Positions 36,507 through 50,807 are shown, counted from the stretch's first letter. The stretch: DNA of 64,000 nt from Paraspadella gotoi (GCA_051294375.1 CM119269.1:21561665-21625664); one strand, 5' to 3'. A program made the numbers and translations. Notes: generated from the letters alone by a model not told the origin.

Positions 36507-37754
36507 AGAGAGAGAGAGACGAGAGAGAGAGAGTGAGAATCAATATGGCGACTGCCACGGAGAGATCAAAGGAACTACATAGTACAGTCCACAACATTTA
36601 CACAGTTGAAAGTTTGGAATCAATTTAGCAAATTGATTGAAAAACTATTGTATTAGTAATACTCATCTATAGTTATTTTTCTTTTTTTTATAAATATAGT
36701 AGCCCAGTCAGCTTATATGGTATATAGTACTACCCTTATATAATGTCAAAATTTCAAAATGTTTTTTTTTTATTTATTCTGGGAACAGATTCAGATCCTT
36801 GTTAAAAAGTTGATAAAGAAAATATAAATCTTTTTAAAAAAATATGTCATTAGTAGGTAAAATTACAAAAAAACTTCTTTAGATCAACCTTTTGCAATAA
36901 ATCTAAATCCGATCTTAAAATTTTTAAAAATTTGTATTTTGAAATTTTAGTATTATATACTTATTACTATATATAATATATAGCTCACATGGAGCCCACT
37001 AATGTATGAAATTAAAAAATAAAATTTTACCAAATTATTTTTATTCTATGTATCAAAATCAAAAGTTTTGACATATTTCTAACAATTACGTATTGTATTC
37101 TCCAAGTTCGGGCGTTCGATTGCATCTCTCTCTCTCTCTCTCTCACTCTCGTCTCATTTCTTCCTTTCCTCTCTCTCTCTCTCTCTCGCTCTCTCTCTCG
37201 TCTTCTCCTCTCTCTCTCTCTTCTCATCTACGTCATCAATACTAACAATCTCTCTCTCTCTCTTCATTAATCTCTTCTCTCTTTCTCTCTCTCTTCTCTC
37301 TCTCTCTCTCTGCTCTCTCTCTCTCTCCAAACAGCCTACGAATTACAAATAACTATGGCTTCATCTCTCTCTTTTTTTGGCAAAGTGGCATATTGTCATA
37401 GCGTTAATGTGACTGAGATGGTTAGTTTCGAATGATTATGAGCGTAGGTCATCGAATCCGAGCGAAAGAGAAAAAATGTGGATCCACGAGGATGAAATGG
37501 GAAATGAGAATTTTATTGGGCAGTAAAATAAAGAGGGNNNNNNNNNNNNNNNNNNNNNNNNNNNNNNNNNNNNNNNNNNNNNNNNNNNNNNNNNNNNNNN
37601 NNNNNNNNNNNNNNNNNNNNNNNNNNNNNNNNNNNNNNNNNNNNNNNNNNNNNNNNNNNNNNNNNNNNNNNNNNNNNNNNNNNNNNNNNNNNNNNNNNNN
37701 NNNNNNNNNNNNNNNNNNNNNNNNNNNNNNNNNNNNNNNNNNNNNNNNNNNNNN

Positions 37755-37788
<34 letters not shown>

Positions 37789-38399
37789 GAATCAATATGG
37801 CGACTGCCACGGAGAGTTCAAAGGAACTACATAGTACAAGTCCACAACATTTACACAGTGAAAGTTTGGAATCAAAATTTAGCAAATTTTGAAAACTATT
37901 GTATTAGTGAATACTCATCTATAGTTATTTTTCTTTTTTTATAAATATAGTAGCCCAGTCAGCTTATATGGTATATAGTACTACCCTTATATAATGTCAA
38001 AATTTCAAAATGTTTTTTTTTTTAATTCTGAGAACAGATTCAGATTCCTTGTTAAAAGTTGATAAAAGAAAATATAAATCTTTTTAAAAAAATATGTCAT
38101 TAAGTAGGTTAAAATTACAAAAAAACTTCTTAGATCAACCTTTTGCAATAAATCTAAATCCGATCTTAAAATTTAAAAATTTGTATTTTGAAATTTTAGC
38201 CTATTATATACTTATTACTATATATAAATATAGCTCACTGGAGCCCACTAATGTATGAAATTAAAAAATAAATTTACCAAATTATTTTTATTCTATTATC
38301 AAAATCAAAAGTTTTGACATATTTCTTCAACAATTACGATATTGTATTCTCGCAAGTTCTGTCGTTCGATTGCATCTCTCTCTCTCTCTCTCTCACTCT
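36100..38399. repeat. Direct duplication (36100-37150 vs 37379-38399), probably an assembly artefact
   Basis: Colinear copies; the second has N gaps exactly where the first has GA-rich fill. Confidence 0.8.
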
Positions 38400-38818
38400 N
38401 NNNNNNNNNNNNNNNNNNNNNNNNNNNNNNNNNNNNNNNNNNNNNNNNNNNNNNNNNNNNNNNNNNNNNNNNNNNNNNNNNNNNNNNNNNNNNNNNNNNN
38501 NNNNNNNNNNNNNNNNNNNNNNNNNNNNNNNNNNNNNNNNNNNNNNNNNNNNNNNNNNNNNNNNNNNNNNNNNNNNNNNNNNNNNNNNNNNNNNNNNNNN
38601 NNNNNNNNNNNNNNNNNNNNNNNNNNNNNNNNNNNNNNNNNNNNNNNNNNNNNNNNNNNNNNNNNNNNNNNNNNNNNNNNNNNNNNNNNNNNNNNNNNNN
38701 NNNNNNNNNNNNNNNNNNNNNNNNNNNNNNNNNNNNNNNNNNNNTTTTTTTTTTTATCAAAAATATTTTTTTCTTGAATCGATTCTCCTTTCAAAGAACA
38801 AAGACAGTTTGGCTCATC

Positions 38819-38851
<33 letters not shown>

Positions 38852-40827
38852 TTCACCATCGACATTTTCTGTCGCGCGTCGAATCAAGGTTTACGCCGCT
38901 TCTTTCATTAGCGCTCAGTTCTTTTTCCGCGAAATAATGAATGAATGAATAAATAAAAGGAATGAATTAATGATTTAATGAATGAATGAATGAATGATTT
39001 TGTGAATGCGACCGTTTGAGCGTGGACCGCCTTTTCTCTCATTCACCGTCGCTGTGATCGATTCTCACCATCTCACCATCACAAGTTTTCTCCCGTGAAT
39101 CGGATATTCTCTCTATCTCTCTCTCTCTCTCTCTCTCNNNNNNNNNNNNNNNNNNNNNNNNNNNNNNNNNNNNNNNNNNNNNNNNNNNNNNNNNNNNNNN
39201 NNNNNNNNNNNNNNNNNNNNNNNNNNNNNNNNNNNNNNNNNNNNNNNNNNNNNNNNNNNNNNNNNNNNNNNNNNNNNNNNNNNNNNNNNNNNNNNNNNNN
39301 NNNNNNNNNNNNNNNNNNNNNNNNNNNNNNNNNNNNNNNNNNNNNNNNNNNNNNNNNNNNNNNNNNNNNNNNNNNNNNNNNNNNNNNNNNNNNNNNNNNN
39401 NNNNNNNNNNNNNNNNNNNNNNNNNNNNNNGAGAGAGAGAGAGGGCGCAGCTTTGGATAGGGGACAGAGAAATGAAAAAATGAAACTAGAAAGGAGATTA
39501 AAAAATATGAAAAAAATGAGANNNNNNNNNNNNNNNNNNNNNNNNNNNNNNNNNNNNNNNNNNNNNNNNNNNNNNNNNNNNNNNNNNNNNNNNNNNNNNN
39601 NNNNNNNNNNNNNNNNNNNNNNNNNNNNNNNNNNNNNNNNNNNNNNNNNNNNNNNNNNNNNNNNNNNNNNNNNNNNNNNNNNNNNNNNNNNNNNNNNNNN
39701 NNNNNNNNNNNNNNNNNNNNNNNNNNNNNGAGAGAGAGAGAGAGAGAGAGAACAAATGTAAGGGGTTGTCGAAGTGACAAAGAAGAAAAAACGACGAAGA
39801 TGATGATGACGAAGAGTCCGTAGATTTCAGCTTCGCGTTTCTTCTGTTACTGCTGCTGCCGTTTTCCCCGCTGCTGCCGCCGCTGCTGCCGTCGCTTCTG
39901 CCATAGGGCCGTCGCTGCTGCTGCCGCTCCTGATGCTGTTATAATTGTGATTGTTGTCGTTGGAAATTCCGTTTTCTCTATAATGAGGAAATGGGCGCGT
40001 GAAGTGTCGGGGAAAAAATGACTGAAATCTGTTGGATTCTAATTTCTGAGGGACTCGAATCATTTTTACAATTGAACTTATTTGTGATGTGGGATGATCA
40101 CTGCGGACTGTGACAGGATCACTGTGCCCTGATCACTGTGATTTTTGTCTGACTCACCTTGGTTTCTCACTTCACTTAAACTTCGCGACTCAATTTCTTC
40201 GGACAAAAAAAAACATCTTTTTTCTTTTCTTTTTCTTTTTTCTTTCGTGTGAATCGATTGTAAACTCGTCAGCAGAAGAAAAACTACGATAACGGAAGAA
40301 CGGATATTATATGTCAATATGGTATAGTTTGGGTACAGTTTTTAATATATTTTTCTAAATATTATCATGATATTTAGACGGGAATTTTCAGTTTAAAGAC
40401 CGAATTCGTTTTATTCTTTGAAATCTCTTTTTGTTACGGTGATGTGTGTTTTTTCTGTTTCATATATATATATTTTTCCTTCCTGATCTCGTCGTAGTGA
40501 CGTATATTTGCTTCAGCCACGGATCGGCCATCTGCCGACGAAAAAAAGAAAAAACCTCAAACGATTCGGCGACAACAACGTTAATAGCGTTAGTCATTTG
40601 TCTGGATCTTCGAATTNNNNNNNNNNNNNNNNNNNNNNNNNNNNNNNNNNNNNNNNNNNNNNNNNNNNNNNNNNNNNNNNNNNNNNNNNNNNNNNNNNNN
40701 NNNNNNNNNNNNNNNNNNNNNNNNNNNNNNNNNNNNNNNNNNNNNNNNNNNNNNNNNNNNNNNNNNNNNNNNNNNNNNNNNNNNNNNNNNNNNNNNNNNN
40801 NNNNNNNNNNNNNNNNNNNNNNNNNNN

Positions 40828-40863
<36 letters not shown>

Positions 40864-42041
40864 TTAATGACTTTTTGTTCTAATCTTGTTAGACGTCATT
40901 AGGGAGGCAGTCTTACCCTCCGTGGTTTCGCCCCCTCCACTCCCTCTCCCTTCCTTCTGCTGGGGGAAAAAGTTGATGGGGTAAAATCACTTTCACCCGA
41001 TGTTGTAAAAGAATTCAGCTAATAATACCTTGATGTCGAAAGGGGGTCGAGCCTGGTTGCCTGGTATTTTGTTTTAAAATGGAATGTAATTAAAGTTGAT
41101 ATTGAAACGAGGAACGAACTTCTGAATTATATTTTGTTTTCCTTGAGCCTCGTTTCGAATCTCATTTGCTTAAAAATAAGTATAAAATTATCCTTCATCA
41201 TTAAAATTACTTATAGTCATTCCGAGAATACGCATCTTGGGAGACGAAGCGACTTTAAGAACATCACATTACATTACATTACATTACATTACATTAGCTC
41301 GTATCAACCAATTGTTAATCAAATTGGCAAACATGTAGGCCGATTGGAAAGAAACTTATGAAACACAAAGAGCTCTCCATCAGGTTTAATTGAAGATTTG
41401 TTGATATGTTGATTTGTTTTGAATTGTTTAATGATTTTTTACGTAGTATTTTTTAAATTTCTAGTAGTTTTATGTGTTTTGATGTTAGTAGTTTTTGTTA
41501 TATTTATGTGATCAGTGTATTTTTTATTTGTTTACCGTGTTCCAGTCTTTTAATTGTGTTAATATCGTTTTTGTTATAAAAATATGTTGAATTGCGTGCT
41601 TTTATATATTGATATGTTGATTTTAGTTTTTTATTTCTTTTAGCGTTTACTATAAAACAATATACTTATACATTTTTGGGTATATGTTTTACCCTATTTA
41701 CGCATTATACACTTATAACGTTTTTGTTTTGTTTTGTTTTGTTTTTCACTGTCTACACATAATACACTTTTAACGTTTTTATACAAAAAGCCAAAGTCAC
41801 AACATTATCGAAAACGTTACCATATAAACAGAATCTGAACGGGTGACTGTTGACAACGAAGATTCTTCATTGCAGATTTTTGACGACTTGAAAACGAAAT
41901 CCTTCTTCTTTTCTGGAAGACAAAAAACAAAAAAGAAGATTTGACGAGAGCGAAAAAAGAAAGAAAATAAAAGAAAGAATTGAGATGAAAAATAAAAAAA
42001 ATGATTGACGAGGAAGAACTAATTGTGAGAAAGTTACTCAG

Positions 42042-42077
<36 letters not shown>

Positions 42078-42849
42078 NNNNNNNNNNNNNNNNNNNNNNN
42101 NNGTAGAGATGAGGGAAGAGAAAGTAGGCGAGTCGGAGAGAGAGGGGGGAGAGGATGAGATGAGAGGAGCGTATGAGGAGAGCCTGTATAAGAATAGTGA
42201 GCATGTTTGGTTGAGGGTGAATAGAAGTGAGGCGTTGAGGAGAGTATTGTGGGGCCAAAGATGAATGAGTACAGAGAGGGGAGGGGTTTTGAAGAAGGAG
42301 GGGAGAAGAGAAATTCGTTAGGGATTCGGGAGGTTAGTGGGGAGGGGGCGAGGAGTGTGATCAACGAGCGTGAGATGGGGAAGATAACACGAGGATAGAA
42401 GATAGCGAGAACGGCCAGGAGGAGGAAGGAGTGAGGAGAGCAGTGAAGTATACGTGGTGAGAAGACGAGTCAGAATTGAAGGAGAACGAAGAGAGGGGGG
42501 AGCGAGGTGAAGTGTATTTGGGAGAAGAGCGCGGGGGGGAAGGATGGAGGGGTGGGGGGAGGGAAATTTGTGAAGAGACATGAGATAAGAGTATAGTGAG
42601 GAGAGAGATGGAGGGGTTATACTGATTGAGAACCAGCCGGAACAGGTTAAACTAAAGTTTCTCTCAATTAAATGAATTTAGGGAGAGAAGATGAAGCCAT
42701 TGTATAGATATAAATAGAAAAGAATAATTTTTAAGAAAGTATATTCCGAAGGATATAGGCAAAGGAGAGCCTTGTAAAGTTGATTTTATTACTATTATAA
42801 AGTTTAAAATTTCTTTTTTTAAGAAATTTTTCTTTTTTGATGATTATGA

Positions 42850-43055
42850 AGAGAGAGAGAGATTGAGATTGCCGATTTTAGGTAGAGCTAAAAGTAGAGT
42901 AAAAGCTGTATATTACGCAGAAATAGAGAAGACTCAGAGCGAGTGATGAAGAGAGATAGGAGAGAGGTGATTGGAGAGTAGAGAGGAGGAGAGAGAGAGG
43001 GAGAGAGAGAGAGGGCGGAGAGAGAGGAGCAACAGGAGAGGAGAGAGGAGAGAGA

Positions 43056-43107
<52 letters not shown>

Positions 43108-43119
43108 TGGAGAGGATGA

Positions 43120-43153
<34 letters not shown>

Positions 43154-43452
43154 GAGAGAGAGAGAGAGAGAGAGAAGAGAGAGATGAGAGATAGGAGACG
43201 AGAGAGGAGATATGAGAGAGAGAGGCGAGGAGAGATGGAGGGATGAAGAGAGAGAGGAGAGAGAGAGTAGAGAGAGAGAGAGAGAGAGAGCATGAGAGAG
43301 AGGAGAGAGTATTAGGAGGAGAGAGAGAGAGAGAGGAGAGAGAGGGAGAGAGAGAGAGGGAGAGAGAGAGAGGAGAGATAGAGAGAGAGAGAGAGACGAG
43401 GAGAGTAGAGAGGGAGGAGAGAAGAGGAGAGAGAGACGAGAGAGACGGGAGC

Positions 43453-43485
<33 letters not shown>

Positions 43486-45720
43486 TATAGCGAGGAGAGA
43501 GAGAGAGAGAGAGAGAGAGGAGGGAGAGGAGAGAGAGGTGAGAGAGAGAGAGCTGGAGGAGAGAGAGAGCTGAGAGCAGAGAGAGGAAGATGAGAGAGAG
43601 AGAGAGAGAGAGAGGAAACCCGGTGGAAAGGGATGAAAATGAGGGGTGAGGATAGATTGGGTAGGAGGGGAGGATAGAGGGAAGGATAGAGGGGGGAATA
43701 TAGAATAGAGGTACAGGATAGATACGGGGAAAGAGGGAGAGGATAGACGAGGGAATATTGTGAGAGAGTAGTGAGAGGAGAAGGAAAGGATAGAAAGGGT
43801 AATAGGGAGAAGATAGAGGAGGAAGATAGAGAGGATAAGGATGGGAGGAAAAAGAGGGAGAGAATTCAGATGGTAGAAAAGTGAGGGAGAGAATAAAGGG
43901 AGGAAAGAAAAGGAAAGAGAGGGAGAGAGTAAAAGGAGGAAATAAAAGAAAAGAGAAGGAGAGAGTCAAAGGAGAAAAAAAAGGAAATAGAGGGAAAAAG
44001 TGAAGGGAGGAAAGAAATGAAAAGAGAGGAAGAGGATAAAGGGAGGAAAGAAAAGAAAAGGAGAGAGTAAAGGGAGGAAAGAAAAAAAGATTTTTAAACG
44101 GAGGAAAAAATGAAAGAATCAAAAGGGAAAAGATTTGAGGACGGAAGAGAAAAAATGAAAGATGTGGACTTAGACGATTGATTGATTGATTGATTGTTTG
44201 GTTAAAATTGAGATGATAAGGAAAATTAAGAGTTGGTGAAAAAGACAAAGAATGAAAAGTCCCTTACTTCTTGAGAAAGTAAGAAGCTGTTGTGGGCAAC
44301 ACAGGCTGACGATCGCACGTTTTATTGCAATACTACCAAACTGAGTGAAAAGAAAAAGGACGGTAATAAATGAAAAAGAAAAAAAGAAAAAGAAAAAAGG
44401 AGTCAGATGGAAAAAGGAAAAAAAGCAAATCTGGAATTGTTGCTGATGGAAAGAGGAAAAAAAGGAAAATAGGAAATAGAAAAAGGGCAGAAACGGAAAG
44501 AAAAAACAGAAAGGGAAAGAAAAAGACAGAAAGGGAAAGAAAAAGACAGAAAGGGAAAAAAAATGACAGAAAGGGAAAGAAAAAGACAGAAAGGGAAAGA
44601 AAAAGTACAAAGAGGGGGAAAAAACAGAAAGGAAAAAAAAGACAGTAGAGAAAGAAAAAGAAAGACAGAAAGTGAAAGAAAAAGACAGAAAGAAGAAGAG
44701 AAAATACAAAGAGGGGAAAAAGACAGAAAGGAAAAGAAAAAGACAGAAAGAAGAAGAGAATATACAAAGAGGGAAAGAAAAAGACAGAAAGTAAAATAAA
44801 AAGACAGAAAGAGAAAGAAAAAGACCGAAAGAATAAGAGAAAATACAAAGAAGGAAAAAATACAGAAAGGAAAAGAAGAAAACAGAAAGGGAAAGAAAAA
44901 GACAGAAGGGAGAAGAAAAAATACAGAGAGGGAAAGAAAATAATCGAAAGGGGAAAAGAAAATACAGAAAGGGAAGGGGAAATAAAATGGCAGAAAGGAG
45001 ATAAGAAAACACGGAGAGTGAAAGAAAAAGGCAGAATGGAGAAGAGAAAATACAGAGAGGGTAAGAAAAAGACAGAAATGAAAATAAAAAGACAGAAAAG
45101 AAAAGAGAAAATATAGAGAGGGAAAGAAAAAGATAGAAAAAAGAAAAGAAAATACAGAAAGGGAAAAAAAAGGGAGAAAGGGAAAGAAAAATACAGAAAG
45201 AAGAAGAGAAAATACAGATGGGGAAAGAAAAACACAGAAAAGAAAAAATAAAATACAGAAAGGGAAAGAAAAAGACAGAGAGAGAAAAAAAAGGCAGAAA
45301 GGAGAAGAGAAAATGCAGAGGGAAAGAAAAAGACAGAAAGGGAAAGAAAAAGACAGAAAGGAGAAAAGAAAATACAGAGAGAGAAAGAAAAAGACAGAAA
45401 AGAGAAAATAAAACACAGAAAGGGAAATAAAAAAACAGAAAGGGAAAGAAAAGGCGGAAAGGAGAAGAGAAAATACAGAGATGGAAAGAAAAAGACAGAA
45501 CGGGAAAGAAAAAGACAAAAAGGAGAAAATACAAAGAAGGAAAAAGACAGAAAGTAAAGGAAAAAGAAAGAAAGGGAAAGAAAAAGACAGAAAATAGAAG
45601 AGAAAATACAGAGATGGAAAGAAAAAGAAAGAAAGGGCAGCGAGAAAATGAAAAAAGAAATGAAATGTAGAAAATGAAATGGAAAGAAGGAGAAAGAGAA
45701 AAAGAGAGAAAGAGAAAGGT
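42850..45720. repeat. Long purine-rich low-complexity region: (GA)n and a degenerate ~19-bp acagaaagggaaagaaaaa repeat
   Basis: Directly visible; produces the long F/S/L minus-strand ORFs. Confidence 0.85.
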
Positions 45721-46083
45721 TAACGGGAGAACTCGCTGGGGTCGGCCATCGGCCTGCGGCTGACGCTGCGTCGGAGAGCGGCTGCGGCGGCGGTCAGCGG
45801 CTTATGCGGCGTCGGGGAGCGGCTGCGGAGAATTGAGGCGTGGATGAGAGAGAAGTTATGAAAACGAAAAATGGGGGGGGGGCGAGTTTGGACGAGAATG
45901 CGTGTACGGACTGCGTGCGAACTGCGTGCGGACTACGTGCTTTTGATGGGTGTGACTTTGATGGGTGCAATAAAGCAAGAAGAAAGAGGTTTTCTCTCTC
46001 TCTCTCTTCTGATCTCCTTCTCTCTCTCTCTTGTTGCGATTGGACTGAAAGAAATGTGTGTTGGCGTGAGAGAGAGAGAAGAG

Positions 46084-46121
<38 letters not shown>

Positions 46122-46306
46122 GGAAGGGAGGGAGACTCACGGTGATTCGAGTGTGAAATCGTGAAAAAGTGAAAAATCGTAAAAATGTGAAAAGTGAAAA
46201 AAAAGTAGGGAGAGAAAATTGGAAGAAGAAAAAAAAATGAAAAGCTAAAGAATTATTAAAAGGAATGTTTAGAAAAAGGAATAAGTATAAATGTTATATA
46301 TGTTAT

Positions 46307-46837
46307 AACAAGTTTGAGCAAAAAATGTCGGATTTTCCCAACGATCATTATCGTTAATTAATTAATCAATAATTAATTAATAATTAATTAATTAATCCGA
46401 AATATTTGTTTTGATTGATTAATTGACTGATTAATTAATTATTGAATAATTAATTGACTAATTGATTAATTAACTAATTAATTATTTGATTAATTAATAT
46501 ATCTTGCATTTACATTTAATATAAAAGGAAAAAAAGCATAATCAATTATTTAAACTCATTTCCACTCAGACGATTCCATCGAAACTTGATTTCCAGTTTA
46601 ATCACACACTTTTCTACCCAAATACAAAATTTCAAGTCAATCGCCCCATCCACTCATAAGTAATTGGCGTTCAAATAGTGAAATATATATTTTTTTGTCC
46701 ATTTAAATTTATTTCCACTTGCACGATTCCATCGAAACTTCATATCCAGCTCAATCACACACTTCCCTACCAACACACGAAAAATCATTCCAATCAATCC
46801 ATCCAATCTCGAGTAATCGGACTTTTTTCTAAGGTGG

Positions 46838-46900
<63 letters not shown>

Positions 46901-47050
46901 GGACGGACGGACGGACATCGTTTTTTTTGCATAATTTATCATAATTTGATATTCTGACATGATGTATGTGGTTGCCCGACAATATTGAGGGGGCGGACCG
47001 ACTGACCGACAAAGTGAATTATAGTGCTTATAAGCAGATCCGACTAAAAA
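46307..47050 (-). mobile_element. DINE-1/HINE-like element, family A
   Basis: Reverse complement of 6754-8036 architecture: aacaagtttgagca...tgtcgga, (GACA)n/(GGAC)n, ends taagcagatccgactaaaaa. Confidence 0.78.
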
Positions 47051-47238
47051 TGATAGAAAACTTCAGTCTATTAAAAGCTTGCATGGTCATTGACCATTGA
47101 TCAATGATCATGCTATTATTTTATCTTGCAAGAGATGCCAAAGGCCTTAACAAATCATAGCCTTTACCGATATACATTAATATTCATTGTACATTGTGTA
47201 TTATGCAATATACAAAATTCATACAATTGAAGCATTCT

Positions 47239-47420
47239 TTGAAATATTATACCACTTCATTGATAGGGAAGCCAGGTACTCTGGGAGTAAATAAATAAGT
47301 CTTGATTGAAAGCTTGCAGGGACCTGCTCTGTCATTATCTTGTAGGAGTGATTGAGGCTTTAAACCACCAAATCCTGTCCCAAGTCGGGGTATTTTTTAT
47401 ATTGGTTGTACCAATTTCAT
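47239..47420. mobile_element. Dispersed ~200-bp repeat (same family as 352-534)
   Basis: ttgaaatattataccacttcattgatag...ttgcagggacctgctctgtcattatcttgta matches the 33323 copy. Confidence 0.75.
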
Positions 47421-47880
47421 ACAATTATATACTAAAATACATAAATTACATATATCAATTAAAGGAAATGATAAATTTTGTATTGTTTCAACAATTTCGT
47501 GTAACTGGATGAAATTTAACGATGGTGGTCGGAACATAGATTTGTTTTTTAGCTCAATAATATTCGTAGGTTGTACAAAGGTATATGACGTATATGACGG
47601 TATTTTCCTTCTCATATCTTGACTTCTCTTTTCCTATCTTATATCTTGACTTCTTATTTCCTATCTCTCTAGACAATAGGACATCCGCTTTCCTACGCGA
47701 AAAAGTTAAAAATAGCAAAGAGCAGAAATTCTGCGAAGAGAAGAACTTCTGACCGACTTTTTTTGTATCTCTGTTGTTAAAAAGAAAACTCCAGAATTGT
47801 CTCTCACTTTTTTAAACTGAGTTTCTACGATCCGCTTGTAAAATTTCTATTGGGGCTTTTTTGTACTCTCTCTCTCTCTC

Positions 47881-47912
<32 letters not shown>

Positions 47913-48089
47913 TTTTGTTTCACTATCTTCTCAAAGAGGCAACAAACAATAACGCCTCAAATCAGACCCCCTCCCCTTAAAAAACGATGGGAGAAGAAAG
48001 AAATATGATCTTTTTCGGAAGGGGGAGAGCGATAGAGGGGGGCGGAGGTCCTCATAGAAAATCGTTCCATCACTTTGCTCGGTCCTTCG

Positions 48090-48438
48090 GGCCTTATTTT
48101 CCCAGAACGCCCCGTTTTATCCTAAATTCTGAATTGAATTATTTTTTTTTAGATCAGGTTATAAAGGTTTGGGTTAAGGAATAGTTTAAGGATTAGGTCA
48201 GGGATTTGGTTAGTGGGTTTGGGTTATAGATTTTAATTAGGGTTAAAGGTTAAGGTTATAAATTAAAGAGGAGGGATTAGGGTTGGGATTAAGGATTAGG
48301 TTAAGATTAGGGATTAGGATTAGGGATTAAAGATAGGGATTGATTTATATGTTTAATAATATAATTAGATTTAATATTAAAGTTAAAATTAATTTCTGAA
48401 AAAAAAACGAACAGAAATTGGGTATTTTCGGAAAATAC
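48090..48438. mobile_element. TIR element with telomere-like core
   Basis: ggccttattttcccagaacgcccc / gggtattttcggaaaata termini enclosing ttaggg/ttagga repeats. Confidence 0.5.
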
Positions 48439-49806
48439 TTGACTGGTCGATCGGTCGGTCGGTCGGTCGGTCGGTCGGTCTTTGTCGCCTCCGATATAAA
48501 CTCTTTTTGAGGATGAGATTTTTCTCTCTTTTCGGATTTTGAAAGAAAAAAAAGGATTTGTCGTCGTCGTCGTCGTTATCGTCGTCTTCCTCTTCTTCGT
48601 CGTCGTCGTTATCGTCGGCTTTCTCTTCTTCGTCGTCGTCGTTATCGTCCTCTTCCTCTTCTTCGTCGTCGTTATCGTCGTCTTCGTCGTCGTCGTTATC
48701 GTCGTCTTCCTCTTCTTCGTNNNNNNNNNNNNNNNNNNNNNNNNNNNNNNNNNNNNNNNNNNNNNNNNNNNNNNNNNNNNNNNNNNNNNNNNNNNNNNNN
48801 NNNNNNNNNNNNNNNNNNNNNNNNNNNNNNNNNNNNNNNNNNNNNNNNNNNNNNNNNNNNNNNNNNNNNNNNNNNNNNNNNNNNNNNNNNNNNNNNNNNN
48901 NNNNNNNNNNNNNNNNNNNNNNNNNNNNNNNNNNNNNNNNNNNNNNNNNNNNNNNNNNNNNNNNNNNNNNNNNNNNNNNNNNNNNNNNNNNNNNNNNNNN
49001 NNNNNNNNNNNNNNNNNNNNNNNNNNNNNNNNNNNNNNNNNNNNNNNNNNNNNNNNNNNNNNNNNNNNNNNNNNNNNNNNNNNNNNNNNNNNNNNNNNNN
49101 NNNNNNNNNNNNNNNNNNNNNNNNNNNNNNNNNNNNNNNNNNNNNNNNNNNNNNNNNNNNNNNNNNNNNNNNNNNNNNNNNNNNNNNNNNNNNNNNNNNN
49201 NNNNNNNNNNNNNNNNNNNNNNNNNNNNNNNNNNNNNNNNNNNNNNNNNNNNNNNNNNNNNNNNNNNNNNNNNNNNNNNNNNNNNNNNNNNNNNNNNNNN
49301 NNNNNNNNNNNNNNNNNNNNNNNNNNNNNNNNNNNNNNNNNNNNNNNNNNNNNNNNNNNNNNNNNNNNNNNNNNNNNNNNNNNNNNNNNNNNNNNNNNNN
49401 NNNNNNNNNNNNNNNNNNNNNNNNNNNNNNNNNNNNNNNNNNNTCTCTCTCTCTCTCTCAATTTGTTCAAGTTGTTGACATGCTGTTTCTCTGTTCATAT
49501 AAATCTCTCAAAAAATAACATATACTTACTAATTATGCAAAGGTATTTTCCGTATCTAAATAGCTGATCGAATCACACATATTTTTAATTATCATTAAAA
49601 TGGTCTTCGTATTATTAAGTTATTTAAATCGCTCGGGTTGTACGTACAACGTCGTACATTCTTGCCTTTGGAAAAAAGTTATGAATACAAATTCATGCTG
49701 TTCCTAAGAATTCGAGCTGCGATCGTAAAATATATTTTTTCTCCGGCGAAACTGGACTTGAAAGAGCAGGAAAGTTGGCCAAAATAGATCAAGAGGAGTC
49801 ACTCTG

Positions 49807-49840
<34 letters not shown>

Positions 49841-50351
49841 NNNNNNNNNNNNNNNNNNNNNNNNNNNNNNNNNNNNNNNNNNNNNNNNNNNNNNNNNNNN
49901 NNNNNNNNNNNNNNNNNNNNNNNNNNNNNNNNNNNNNNNNNNNNNNNNNNNNNNNNNNNNNNNNNNNNNNNNNNNNNNNNNNNNNNNNNNNNNNNNNNNN
50001 NNNNNNNNNNNNNNNNNNNNNNNNNNNNNNNNNNNNNNNNNNNNNNNNNNNNNNNNNNNNNNNNNNNNNNNNNNNNNNNNNNNNNNNNNNNNNNNNNNNN
50101 NNNNNNNNNNNNNNNNNNNNNNNNNNNNNNNNNNNNNNNNNNNNNNNNNNNNNNNNNNNNNNNNNNNNNNNNNNNNNNNNNNNNNNNNNNNNNNNNNNAT
50201 GCGGAGGGACGGGACTGGGGGGAGGTGTGCCCTGTCTGAGAGGAAGTGTGCAGTTTTAAGTGATGAGGTGTGCAATGTGCAGTTTCCAGAAAAATGTGCT
50301 TTTGCAACAAAGAAGATTCAATCCTAGTAAAAAAATTATGTTATTTAGAGA

Positions 50352-50380
50352 GAGGCGTGGGTTCGAATCCCACCACTGCC
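50352..50380 (+). pseudogene. tRNA-Leu 3' fragment (T arm plus acceptor 3' strand); duplicate at 53017-53046
   Basis: GAGGCGTGGGTTCGAATCCCACCACTGCC matches metazoan tRNA-Leu 3' ends; 5' half absent. Confidence 0.65.
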
Positions 50381-50760
50381 CCCATATTTAACAAGAAACC
50401 AAAGTGGATTTTATTTCTATTTATGAACAAGCGCAAGACGGTGTCAGGAATTGAAACAGAATGAATCGGTACAAAAATGGTCAGTATTTACAATTTATAC
50501 CCAGTCATCAGATCATCGACACAGGCTGGTTTTCCCTTTGGCATGAAGCCCATCTTGTGATTGGTCGATTCCATTGGTNNNNNNNNNNNNNNNNNNNNNN
50601 NNNCTCTCTAAGTAAACAATTTGTTGGCTCATGTTTAGAATATAAATCTATCACCAAGTTTTATAAATTGCGAATGTTGAACAACTATTTCCTTAGTAGT
50701 AAGATTGTCAGTTGGATCGAGAGAGCAGAGAGTGAGAGTGAGAGTGAGAGAGAGAGAGAT

Positions 50761-50807
<47 letters not shown>

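Noticed and set aside
42878-45534. Long 300-456 aa minus-strand ORFs
   Set aside because: Translations of purine-rich low-complexity DNA (F/S/L only), with no domain signal.
37432-50310. ORFs containing runs of X
   Set aside because: They are open only because they cross N gaps.
50352-50380. Functional tRNA-Leu gene
   Set aside because: Only the T arm and 3' acceptor strand are present; there is no D arm, anticodon arm or 5' acceptor strand.
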